Below are positions 1-7,846 of a stretch of 64,000 nt of DNA, piece by piece. The stretch comes from a virus (taxonomy: Duplodnaviria; Caudoviricetes). The stretch's first letter is position 1. Every line of letters starts with the position of its first letter. The notes below the pieces were generated by a model, which had not been told where the DNA came from, ran no database searches, and saw only the letters and a program-made list of their open reading frames with translations. The stretch is taken from the IMG/VR virus record IMGVR_UViG_3300005805_000072, positions 1 through 64,000 of that record; one strand, given 5' to 3'. Position numbers and translations under genes: made by a program.

Positions 1-132
1 ATCCCAAACCGAAATCTTCTTCTTCGGCTCGGGCTTGGACTTGGCAGGGGCAAGGCTTGCACGGTTCTTTGCCTTCCAACGCTCACGCGCCTTGCGGTGC
101 TTCTTTGCCACATTCTTCTGCTTGCTGTTCAT
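1..132 (-). CDS. small Lys/Arg-rich hypothetical protein (3' end runs off window)
   Basis: Not in ORF track. ATG at 132-130 overlaps the TGA of the upstream gene (ATGA), with GGAG upstream; reads MNSKQKNVAKKHRKARERWKAKNRASLAPAKSKPEPKKRRFRFG, open to the window edge. Confidence 0.65.
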   Translation of the reverse strand, partial: MNSKQKNVAKKHRKARERWKAKNRASLAPAKSKPEPKKKISVWD

Positions 133-449
133 TGCTTGCTCCCGTTGATTGTTTCAATGATTGCGTTTCCGACTTCTCCGACCTTGCGCTCTGCAAGTAT
201 AAGTTCGCCGCGCACGGAGTCAAGACGCTTCATGCACCGTTCCAAAAGAACATTTGGATCGCTGTCCTGCGCGGAGTGCAACTTCTCAAGTTCGTTGATC
301 TCGTACTCAGATGGGAAGTGCTTGAGTCGATCCCTTGCCCTCTTGCGGATCTCCTTCGGAACCTTCGGAGTCTGCTTGGGATCCATCAACGCCAGCATGA
401 AGTGCCTTGCGTTTCGTATAGCCTGAAACATTTCGTTGGGCATTGTCAT
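129..449 (-). CDS. conserved phage hypothetical protein, BPSL0761-family-like
   Basis: N-terminus MTMPNE...FMLALMDPKQTPKVPKEIRKRARDRLKHFP matches the remembered MTMP.E...P..P..IR..A...L.H(Y/F)P pattern. Confidence 0.7.
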   Translation of the reverse strand: MTMPNEMFQAIRNARHFMLALMDPKQTPKVPKEIRKRARDRLKHFPSEYEINELEKLHSAQDSDPNVLLERCMKRLDSVRGELILAERKVGEVGNAIIETINGSKQ

Positions 450-672
450 CTTCGGTATCCTTGTTGTCGTACTCTATCTCAAAACCTTTCCAATCCTTCT
501 CGTTGACCTTGCACACCGAATACACCTGTTCTATCTTCATGCGTTTTCGAACCGCATTCATGTATTCGCACATTTCAAGTGCAAGAGACTTCTTCTTGAA
601 GAACAAGAGTTTCCCCTGATCCTTTAGGAGATGATCTTGCTCTTCGCGGATGGAGATTGCATAATATGGCAT
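307..672 (-). CDS. hypothetical protein (3' end overlaps next gene by 143 nt)
   Basis: Fills the gap between tRNA-Glu and the BPSL0761-like gene; first ~75 aa look protein-like, the tail reads through the next gene in another frame. Confidence 0.5.
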   Translation of the reverse strand: MPYYAISIREEQDHLLKDQGKLLFFKKKSLALEMCEYMNAVRKRMKIEQVYSVCKVNEKDWKGFEIEYDNKDTEDDNAQRNVSGYTKRKALHAGVDGSQADSEGSEGDPQEGKGSTQALPI

Positions 673-679
673 GAAAGAA

Positions 680-753
680 TGATCCTATGGGGATTCGAAC
701 CCCAGTTGGGACATTGAAAGTGTCCTGTCCTAGACCAACTAGACGATAGGACC
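680..753 (-). tRNA. tRNA-Glu(UUC)
   Basis: Cloverleaf GGTCCTA/TAGGATC acceptor, anticodon arm GGACA-CTTTCAA-TGTCC, T-loop TTCGAAT; no encoded CCA. Confidence 0.93.
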
Positions 754-756
754 GAA

Positions 757-828
757 AGCCACCACTGAGAATCGAACTCAGATTTGATGATTACAAATCA
801 ACGGTAATAGCCTTTATACTATGGCGGC
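757..828 (-). tRNA. tRNA-Thr(UGU)
   Basis: GCCGCCA/TGGTGGC acceptor, anticodon arm GTTGA-TTTGTAA-TCATC (one T-T mismatch), T-loop TTCGATT; no CCA. Confidence 0.9.
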
Positions 829-833
829 TTGAA

Positions 834-914
834 TGGTTGCGGAGGGACTCGAACCCCCGAAGACTATGTCAACAGATTTACAGTCTGTCCTCGTTGCCAC
901 TTGAGTACACAACC
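834..914 (-). tRNA. tRNA-Tyr(GUA)
   Basis: GGTTGTG/CGCAACC acceptor, anticodon arm ACAGA-CTGTAAA-TCTGT, long variable arm, T-loop TTCGAGT; no CCA. Confidence 0.93.
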
Positions 915-925
915 TTCCAACAAAA

Positions 926-996
926 AGCGGGTAACGGGATTCGAACCCGTGAGGAAAGTTTGGAAAACTCACATGTTGCCGCTACATCATACCCGC
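926..996 (-). tRNA. tRNA-Gly(UCC)
   Basis: GCGGGTA/TACCCGC acceptor, U discriminator, loop TTTCCAA, weak anticodon stem TGAGT/ACTTT; no CCA. Confidence 0.88.
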
Positions 997-1065
997 ACGA
1001 AATCGCGTTATTCGCAGAATGCGCGAACCCTCTGCTGTCGTTATGGTGGACAGACACCGCCAAGA

Positions 1066-1401
1066 TCAACGACTCTTCTTGGTCGAGCAAGAACCGCCAT
1101 CGCAGCACTTGTCCTCAAGTGCATGGACGGAACGCCAGACTTCCTCAAAGCGGTAGGAGACATCGCGCTCCTGCTCATCGAACCGCTTCCACATGTTGTC
1201 CTGCTCGACAAACTCACGTTCCTTGTTGTACAACGAGTAGTAGTACAGGGCAAGGGATGCGAAGAAGCCGATCAAGCAGAAGTTTGCCTTCGATGCGGCA
1301 TTCACCACTTCGGGAGTCGCGAAGGTGAACCATGCAAAACCAAGTGCCGAAATACCTGCCGCTACCTTGAACACATTCACTCCACCAATATTGAAACTCA
1401 T
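1066..1401 (-). CDS. hypothetical membrane protein (two hydrophobic segments) inside the tRNA cluster
   Basis: AGGAGA Shine-Dalgarno upstream; hydrophobic segments FKVAAGISALGFAWFTFA and FCLIGFFASLALYYYSLY. Confidence 0.75.
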   Translation of the reverse strand: MSFNIGGVNVFKVAAGISALGFAWFTFATPEVVNAASKANFCLIGFFASLALYYYSLYNKEREFVEQDNMWKRFDEQERDVSYRFEEVWRSVHALEDKCCDGGSCSTKKSR

Positions 1402-1470
1402 TTCAATCTCCTGTTTCTGGATCGTGATTGTTCATGCCCATGTACCGATCCGTTGCACACGGGCATTCAG

Positions 1471-1545
1471 TACGCTGTCTTGGATTCGAACCAAGTCTTA
1501 CCCGGTTATAAATCGGGCTGAGGATGCCAAGACCTCCCACAGCGC
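1471..1545 (-). tRNA. atypical tRNA-Ile(UAU)
   Basis: GCGCTGT/ACAGCGT-A acceptor, D-stem GAGG/CCTC, anticodon arm CCCGA-TTTATAA-CCGGG, T-arm CTTGG-TTCGAAT-CCAAG; G8 and T14 instead of U8/A14. Confidence 0.78.
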
Positions 1546-1563
1546 GTTTCCTTGACTCGTTAA

Positions 1564-1857
1564 CTATACGACATCATCAACCGCTGTCAAGCCATCGTCG
1601 TTTCGATTCTTTGGCTTGAGAAGAATCTTTGTCTTCTTGTTGCTCACATGTCCGTTTTGATTCTTATCGAAATAGTTCGACTTCTGCCGATCATCATCGT
1701 GACCAAGTCTGTAGTTGACCTCTTCGATTATGAGTTTGTAAGATTCTGAATCAAGTCCTCGGCAGAAAATATCCATGATCCTCTGCCCATGTCTGATTGC
1801 TTCGTCTTCGGTGAGATGAAGTGGAATGTCGATGTGAAGACGGTAGCAACTCATCAT
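1564..1857 (-). CDS. conserved phage hypothetical protein
   Basis: Start reassigned to ATG at 1857, overlapping the upstream TGA (ATGA); YRLHIDIPL...NYRLGHDDDRQKSNY. Confidence 0.65.
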   Translation of the reverse strand: MMSCYRLHIDIPLHLTEDEAIRHGQRIMDIFCRGLDSESYKLIIEEVNYRLGHDDDRQKSNYFDKNQNGHVSNKKTKILLKPKNRNDDGLTAVDDVV

Positions 1858-2270
1858 ACACCGCCTTCTGCGGTTTGAGTTACAACCTCTTCCTCCTTCT
1901 TTCCGTTTATTTCCCATATGTACGCAGGACCAGTCCAGACGGCATTCTCAAGACCATTGTGTTCGTCAAAGAGATTGCCACGGACATGATTCAGCGAGGG
2001 AGCCTTCCATGATGCTGCACGGAAGATATCTCCACTGCGCTTGTCAATGAAGCCCCATGCGGTCTTCTTCTTCTCGCCATTGGATTCGCTCACAAGCACC
2101 ACGCGAACGTACTTGTAGCCTTCCTCGTATGTTGCAGCCCAAGAATAGGAAGAACCGCTTGGGTGAATGTGTGCATTGGGATCAGCAGTTGCCTCACCCA
2201 CGATTGCATTCAACTTGTCCATGAATGTACCGAATGCTGCCACGAAACGATGATCTAGTGCCATTTTCAT
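1854..2270 (-). CDS. conserved T4-like phage hypothetical protein
   Basis: Motif GYKYVRVV...WGFIDKRSGDIFRAASWKAP...RGNL, a pattern common in T4-like phage hypotheticals. Confidence 0.8.
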   Translation of the reverse strand: MKMALDHRFVAAFGTFMDKLNAIVGEATADPNAHIHPSGSSYSWAATYEEGYKYVRVVLVSESNGEKKKTAWGFIDKRSGDIFRAASWKAPSLNHVRGNLFDEHNGLENAVWTGPAYIWEINGKKEEEVVTQTAEGGV

Positions 2271-2281
2271 GATGTATTCCT

Positions 2282-2464
2282 CTACTTGATGTTGCTCTCA
2301 ATCACTCGGCGGATCTGCTTCTCGCTGCTTGCGATGATATCGCACCAAAGTTGCTCCCTGCCATTTACCTTTGACATGGCAGACTTCACAACTAGTATCA
2401 GGTCATGGATCATGGCATCCTTTCTTTCGTCAGAGATGCCTGTTATTCCCGATTGATCTTCCAT
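2282..2464 (-). CDS. hypothetical protein (60 aa)
   Basis: Start reassigned to ATG at 2464, preceded by GAGGAA; the upstream part of the track ORF lies in a promoter/leader region. Confidence 0.6.
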   Translation of the reverse strand: MEDQSGITGISDERKDAMIHDLILVVKSAMSKVNGREQLWCDIIASSEKQIRRVIESNIK

Positions 2465-2614
2465 AGATTCCTCTTTCCTCTTGGAAGGAGTATCTATGGT
2501 TGTACGAAACAAACTCACAAACCCACCAATCTTCCTATTATGTATGTCCGTCAGGGAATCCTTCCCCAACAACTTGCTCAAACTCTACGGATCAACTCCG
2601 ACCCGCAACAATCA

Positions 2615-2642
2615 AATATAGGTTGTCTTTCTGCCAAGTCAA
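2615..2642 (-). promoter_or_regulatory. sigma70-type promoter for the tRNA/small-gene operon
   Basis: TTGACT-N16-TATATT on the minus strand. Confidence 0.65.
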
Positions 2643-2695
2643 GTGGAAGGACAAAGTGAATCTTACTTGAATATCCTTCACTACTCAGTTGCCAC

Positions 2696-2723
2696 TTGAC
2701 TCGTATCTATATGGCTGTAGACT
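2696..2723 (+). promoter_or_regulatory. sigma70-type promoter for the deaminase gene
   Basis: TTGACT-N16-TAGACT, back-to-back with the minus-strand promoter. Confidence 0.6.
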
Positions 2724-2813
2724 TCATCGGTTGCATCGGAAGGCAGCAACAAAGATTCTGTTGGAATCGAAAAGAATGGTTTGGGAAATCTGTGATGCTC
2801 TGACTAGGTAAGA

Positions 2814-3221
2814 GTGTCGGGTTTGGATGAAGTTCTTATTATGATAGACCCGGAAAAGCACCGCAAGTTGATCGACTTTGCCTACGCAAAGTGCATTGAG
2901 ATCCCGCGCCGCAAGAAACATTGCAGCGTGATTCTGCACAAGAATAAGATCCTTGCAGTCGGCATCAATAGATTCAAGACGCATCCCCTTGCAGTCAAGC
3001 ACGGCTATCTGTTTGGAGAGGTTCACTCCGAACTTGATGCGTTCCTCAAGTGCGACCGCAGGGATGGGCTTGAGTTGTGGAACTTTCGTTTCAACACGCA
3101 TGGGCAGATGCGTATCTCAAGACCCTGCCCAAAGTGCCTACCTTGGTGCATGAAGGTCTTCGACAAGATCTACTACACTATGGACGATGGCATCCATGAG
3201 TTCGACATTCAGATCATGTAG
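2814..3221 (+). CDS. zinc-dependent cytidine/nucleotide deaminase-fold protein
   Basis: HSE (HxE) and SRPCPKC (PCxxC) zinc/catalytic motifs; start may be ATG 2841. Confidence 0.85.
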   Translation: MSGLDEVLIMIDPEKHRKLIDFAYAKCIEIPRRKKHCSVILHKNKILAVGINRFKTHPLAVKHGYLFGEVHSELDAFLKCDRRDGLELWNFRFNTHGQMRISRPCPKCLPWCMKVFDKIYYTMDDGIHEFDIQIM

Positions 3222-3227
3222 GGACTA

Positions 3228-5225
3228 TCAGGCGAAGCCGATGCGCGCGCCTTGAAAGAACCATTCTTGATCTATACCTGTAGGAACCCTTGCAGACTGT
3301 GCGCCCGACACATTGGCTGTCGAGGTACTGCTGTTATTATTGATGATAGTGGTATTGCCCCCTCGGTCTGCCTCTTTCGGCGCGACGGTCGGAAGTGTTC
3401 TCAACGATTTTCCTTGTATTTTTGGAGTTGAACTTGGAATTGACTGTGGTTCCAATTTCATAACATCTGGTATGCTCAAAGGTCTAGGTTTATTAGATTT
3501 TGGCATTCCCTTACTGCCTAGGCTTGGATCATAGGTAGAATCAGTCATCAGATCACCAATAATTTTTCCTCGGTATCCGCTAACTCTGCCATATGGAATA
3601 CTGATATCGTAATCAAACAAACCATCTACGGCTTCAGCCTTTTCCGATCTTAGTTTGGACTTTCCTGGACCAAGATTTTCAAACATACCAGAAAAGACAG
3701 AATATTGTTCAGTTGCCTGACGCAGAATGCTTGCCATTATTTCAGGGTTTACTCCATATTCCGATTGAGCCAAACTGATGATTTTGTTTGCTTTATTTCT
3801 GATGATATTCCACGATTCCAAATACGAGTTCCGTAAAGCCTCGCTGTTTTGAATTTGGTCGCGGTCTTGGTTAAATGCTCTTGTGTATTCAAGCATCTGT
3901 GAATCAAAGGAAAAAAGGGCATCCCGTAAATCTTTGGGAACCATAACCGTGCCATCTGGCGATGTATGCTTTTTGGCAGCATCGATTGACATAGAATTCG
4001 GGATAGCAAGTGCGCCTCCCAAAGCAGTAACTGTGCTAACTGATTCCCCTAGATGCTTTCTATAGGCTTCTAGTGATTTGTCTGAATGTGGAACGCCTTT
4101 TGCAAGTCGATCTGTGGTTTTGCCACTTTCGTCTTTTTGCACTAGAATTGGAGTTCGGTCTAAACCAGGAACGGAGAACTCTCCTTTTTGTATTTTTTCG
4201 TCCGTGGTTCCCATTTCTTCGGCAGTCTTTAGAGTGGAAACACCTGTGTTCGGATCTCTTACCGAATATGCTCTCACCATTCCTCTTTTGGTGCCAGGAT
4301 CGTTTTCCTTCTCTTCTATCCAACTGTCGATCCAACTCTTGATTGCCAATCCGGCAGCACCGACAATCAGCGCACCGACTATGACGGGAAGCAAGGGAGT
4401 GATGAATCCTATGATAGCCGTTCCTGCGGTGGCAAGGACTCCCATCAGCGGGGCAACTATGGAAGAGAGCATTCCTATTATTCCTCCTCCACCACCGAAG
4501 ATGCCGAGAAGAGGACCAACCAACCCGAGGAGCGAGTCTATGAGACCGCCGCTCTTGGATCTATCCCTTGAACCAAAGGTCTTTGCGAATAGATTTGTGA
4601 AAAATCCTTCGTCCCTCTCGTTGTCGGCTGCTGCATCGGCATCATCTGCTCTCTCTTGCTCCGCTGCCTCTTCCCTGCGCTCAAGTTTTTCGGAACTTTC
4701 TTCTTGAATGTCGTATGCACCTTCACCAGATGGTGTTACCGTGACATTGTCTTTTCCATATTCCCTTGATATGGGTCTGAACTTCTCCCTGCCCACGGCT
4801 CCACCAAACATATGTGCGCCGAAGATTTCACCAAAGCCAGCACTCTCGACTCCCTGTACGATAACGGGAACACCTTTTCTCCATTCCTGATCCAGCAATT
4901 CCCATATAGATGCAAGCGCACCAGCATCCTTTCGCCTCAGTTCCCTGTCCTCAAGTTCTCTCTTCGTGAGTTTTCTTCCCGATTCGTCTCTACCTGTTCT
5001 TTCGTACAGTTCCCGTTTCTTTATCTCCATTCCCTCGCGAATGGCACCCATGCCAGGAACTCTTCTCAATATTGGCGATTTTACAATGGTATTGCTGATG
5101 GCAGTGAACAGCCCTGCTTTCGTGGCAGTCTTCACGGCTTCCTTCATCGTGAATTCTTGATACTGCTGTATCTCCCTTGACCGCATCGTGCTTTGGAGAT
5201 TGTTGGATTGATTGGGTAGAGCCAT
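3228..5225 (-). CDS. probable tail tape measure / gp29-like hub protein
   Basis: Follows gp26-gp51; charged helical N-half, long Gly-rich hydrophobic segment (GGLIDSLLGLVGPLLGIFGGGGGIIGML...), low-complexity NNNSST C-terminus. Confidence 0.6.
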   Translation of the reverse strand: MALPNQSNNLQSTMRSREIQQYQEFTMKEAVKTATKAGLFTAISNTIVKSPILRRVPGMGAIREGMEIKKRELYERTGRDESGRKLTKRELEDRELRRKDAGALASIWELLDQEWRKGVPVIVQGVESAGFGEIFGAHMFGGAVGREKFRPISREYGKDNVTVTPSGEGAYDIQEESSEKLERREEAAEQERADDADAAADNERDEGFFTNLFAKTFGSRDRSKSGGLIDSLLGLVGPLLGIFGGGGGIIGMLSSIVAPLMGVLATAGTAIIGFITPLLPVIVGALIVGAAGLAIKSWIDSWIEEKENDPGTKRGMVRAYSVRDPNTGVSTLKTAEEMGTTDEKIQKGEFSVPGLDRTPILVQKDESGKTTDRLAKGVPHSDKSLEAYRKHLGESVSTVTALGGALAIPNSMSIDAAKKHTSPDGTVMVPKDLRDALFSFDSQMLEYTRAFNQDRDQIQNSEALRNSYLESWNIIRNKANKIISLAQSEYGVNPEIMASILRQATEQYSVFSGMFENLGPGKSKLRSEKAEAVDGLFDYDISIPYGRVSGYRGKIIGDLMTDSTYDPSLGSKGMPKSNKPRPLSIPDVMKLEPQSIPSSTPKIQGKSLRTLPTVAPKEADRGGNTTIINNNSSTSTANVSGAQSARVPTGIDQEWFFQGARIGFA

Positions 5226-5228
5226 TTT

Positions 5229-5417
5229 TTACTTCTTCTGCTGTTGCTGCTTGATGCGTTCGTTTTCGTCCTGAATATGCTTCACTAGCATCGACACATA
5301 GATCTCTCTTTCCCACGGAATCATGCTTTCAATGTCTGTTAACGAATAGTGGTGGTGCTGCATCATCGCGAAGTTGGTCTTGTAGATGTTCATCAACGAG
5401 TCATGACACAGCATCAC
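5229..5417 (-). CDS. gp51: baseplate hub assembly catalyst
   Basis: YKTNFAMMQHHHYSLTDIESMIPWEREIYV motif; immediately after gp26. Confidence 0.85.
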   Translation of the reverse strand: MMLCHDSLMNIYKTNFAMMQHHHYSLTDIESMIPWEREIYVSMLVKHIQDENERIKQQQQKK

Positions 5418-6115
5418 ATAAAAAAATCTTGCAGACCCTTGAACGATATCTCATAGTCTTCCTTGCATTTGATGCACTTGCAAGTTACCGACTTCTGTAG
5501 TTGAGGAACATCATTGTAGAACTTCACTATCTTCTCAAACTGAGATGTGTTCAACGAGTCTACGAACCTCACGATCTCCTCGTCCGTAAAGTCTTTCCTT
5601 GTGTATGTGGTATTCTCATCGAAGACCATCTCCACGGAATCAGCGACATACTTTATCATTCCCATAGCATCAAGCGAATCTATGTTTTGCACGGCATCGC
5701 TTACGCAGGGATAGCGCATCACCACTCCGAGTTTGTCCTTGAGTATGATGTTCCTCGTATGGTTGGGAGAGAACTCAACATTGACTTCATCAAGGTTGAT
5801 GGTGACATCGTTGGTTCCTTCGCACTTGGGGCATTTGGTCTTTGCCTCCACGCTTTCTCCAACGGACTTAGATCGTATCTTCATGAAGAGATACTCTATG
5901 TCGAATAGGGGCATGTTGTCTGTATCGGTTATTCCATCCACGCAATGCTTGAGTATCTCGCACATTGCAAGCATCATCTGCTTGTGATCCTTGCTTTCAA
6001 GGGCAACATAAAGCATCTTCTGTTCCTTCATGAGGAACGGTCGAAATGTGGTCTGCTTCTTCGTGGAAGGTATGGTAACTGGATATCTCTGTACGGCTAC
6101 TGTCGGTAGTGGCAT
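5414..6115 (-). CDS. gp26: baseplate hub subunit
   Basis: MPLP...FRPFLMKEQK...FDIEYLFMKIRSKSVGE...CPKC...CIKC...GLQDFF. Confidence 0.92.
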   Translation of the reverse strand: MPLPTVAVQRYPVTIPSTKKQTTFRPFLMKEQKMLYVALESKDHKQMMLAMCEILKHCVDGITDTDNMPLFDIEYLFMKIRSKSVGESVEAKTKCPKCEGTNDVTINLDEVNVEFSPNHTRNIILKDKLGVVMRYPCVSDAVQNIDSLDAMGMIKYVADSVEMVFDENTTYTRKDFTDEEIVRFVDSLNTSQFEKIVKFYNDVPQLQKSVTCKCIKCKEDYEISFKGLQDFFM

Positions 6116-6165
6116 CTGTCATGTCTCCATTATGCTGATGTTTTTTGGTACTCAATCATCTCAAA

Positions 6166-7128
6166 CTAGTATTGGTTGAGATACCGCCACATATCTGGTA
6201 TGGCAGTATTTCTCTGTACTTCTCTAGCCCTGTTTATTCTTGTGTTTTCCGCTTCTCTCAGTTCATCGTTTCTAGTTGTTCTATTCAGTTGTGCGCGAGA
6301 TTTTGGCAATAGACCTGTATTGAGGCGGAAATCTCCAAGACCCTGAACACTAGTTCTCCCAACCACGGCAAAATCGCTGTATGACAGAGATACCTGCACG
6401 GTCTGCACCTGATCGCTGCTGTCGGAGGAAAAATCGATGTCCGCTATTGTCTTGCAGAATACATTGTTCAGTCTGATGCAATACAGATACGCATCTTTTC
6501 TGTCAAGTTGGTATATCTTCATTGTTGTCATGTAATCGTCGGGGTAGTTCAGATCAGACGTATTGTAGGATATTGCAGTATTCATCCATGATTCAAACAA
6601 GTCTCTCTCAAGCATATCCTCACCAACACGGAAGGTCATATTCAGTTCTGTTCCATAGTTGACCTCATAAACCTGCTCCAGTGGATTTCCGTATATCTTG
6701 AATCCCTGTGTCATGAGGGATCTTCCTGGAAGAGAAGTTGTGATACAGTTTCTGATCAATCTATCGTTTACAGTTGGGGATAGTGCTTCGATGTAGAAAC
6801 TGAATCTTGTTGGTCTAGCATAGTAACTCATCCTTTCCAAGTGATCTAACTGTGCAGATAGATCGCTGTCGGATGTTGTTCGGCTTTTAGAGTTCTTTGT
6901 TATGTCGGCAAACAGTCTGTTGGCTTCGGCATTTTTTCTTGCAAATTGCGACTGTTGTACCTGAGAGTCTCTTAATTGTCTGTCAAATGAAAAAGGCTCA
7001 AAAACATCTCTGTTAACATTTAACTGATCGTCTACTTCAGTAAGATATCTCTGTACGGCACTGAAGGCGTCGCCCCCCTCTCTTCTCAACAGTTGTTGTA
7101 GTTCTCTGGTGATATCTTCTGACGGCAT
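6166..7128 (-). CDS. gp54: baseplate tail-tube initiator (gp19-fold)
   Basis: ARPTRF...SLPGRSL...YG..LNMTF...FESWMN...YPDDY..TMKIYQLD tube-fold signature; adjacent to gp2. Confidence 0.7.
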   Translation of the reverse strand: MPSEDITRELQQLLRREGGDAFSAVQRYLTEVDDQLNVNRDVFEPFSFDRQLRDSQVQQSQFARKNAEANRLFADITKNSKSRTTSDSDLSAQLDHLERMSYYARPTRFSFYIEALSPTVNDRLIRNCITTSLPGRSLMTQGFKIYGNPLEQVYEVNYGTELNMTFRVGEDMLERDLFESWMNTAISYNTSDLNYPDDYMTTMKIYQLDRKDAYLYCIRLNNVFCKTIADIDFSSDSSDQVQTVQVSLSYSDFAVVGRTSVQGLGDFRLNTGLLPKSRAQLNRTTRNDELREAENTRINRAREVQRNTAIPDMWRYLNQY

Positions 7129-7129
7129 A

Positions 7130-7846
7130 TTAGGTCATCCTTCTGTATTTCTTCCAACTGTCTTTCCATACCTGATTTGGCTTTGCCCCGATGAAGTGAT
7201 GTGTTGGGAGGAATATCATTTTCATCCAGTGTTCTGGTGGTATGAGCAACGGTTTGCCCCTGATGTTGTCGTACTTATACCGACGAATACACACTCTTCC
7301 ATATCTATTAGGCGGTGTGATGAGTTTTTGCATGTTGAGGTAGCCGATTCTGGAGTTTGGGTTGGAAATGTCTCCTGTGAGGTATCTTTCGATGAGGGAC
7401 ATCATCATAAATCGCCTCCTCATGGGATCAAGGTAATGCAGATTCATGCCCAGAAACGATTGTTTGCTATCCGATTCATCAAGCATTCTTAGTACGAGTG
7501 GGTATTTGTCCCAATAGTCAAGTCGGTCGGAATCGGGAAGATACCTAAAGGTGTAAAGTCTACCGGTGTATCTGATGAACTGTCCATATTCTTCACGGGA
7601 ATTATCGATCAGTATTTTCTTGAATGCCTGATTCATCTGCGATGTTGAGAACATAGTCTCGTATACTTGGACGGCATTCTTCTCATACCAGTCGAGAGCA
7701 TCGTTTTCCAACTCATCAGATGGTTGTTGCAGTTCGGTATCTTTTAGAAACTTCATCTCCTCAAAGATCGATTTCAGTTTGATATAGTCCTGCTGTTCTC
7801 CGTCTTCCTGTGGTCTTCTCAGTATGTTCAGTGTTTCTTTGAGCAT
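7130..7846 (-). CDS. gp2: DNA end protector protein
   Basis: GRLYTFRY...YWDKYPLVL...FLGMNLHYL...W...IFLPT..F. Confidence 0.9.
   Translation of the reverse strand: MLKETLNILRRPQEDGEQQDYIKLKSIFEEMKFLKDTELQQPSDELENDALDWYEKNAVQVYETMFSTSQMNQAFKKILIDNSREEYGQFIRYTGRLYTFRYLPDSDRLDYWDKYPLVLRMLDESDSKQSFLGMNLHYLDPMRRRFMMMSLIERYLTGDISNPNSRIGYLNMQKLITPPNRYGRVCIRRYKYDNIRGKPLLIPPEHWMKMIFLPTHHFIGAKPNQVWKDSWKKYRRMT

Noticed and set aside
829-1521. Plus-strand ORFs 829-1521, 837-1328 and minus-strand 878-1108
   Set aside because: They overlap the tRNA genes and the minus-strand membrane protein; shadow frames with no protein-like motifs
4078-4707. Long antisense ORFs opposite the tape measure and other structural genes (e.g. 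2724-3101, 10596-11135, 53895-54413)
   Set aside because: Opposite-strand or alternative-frame shadows of well-supported genes, without start signals or recognisable motifs
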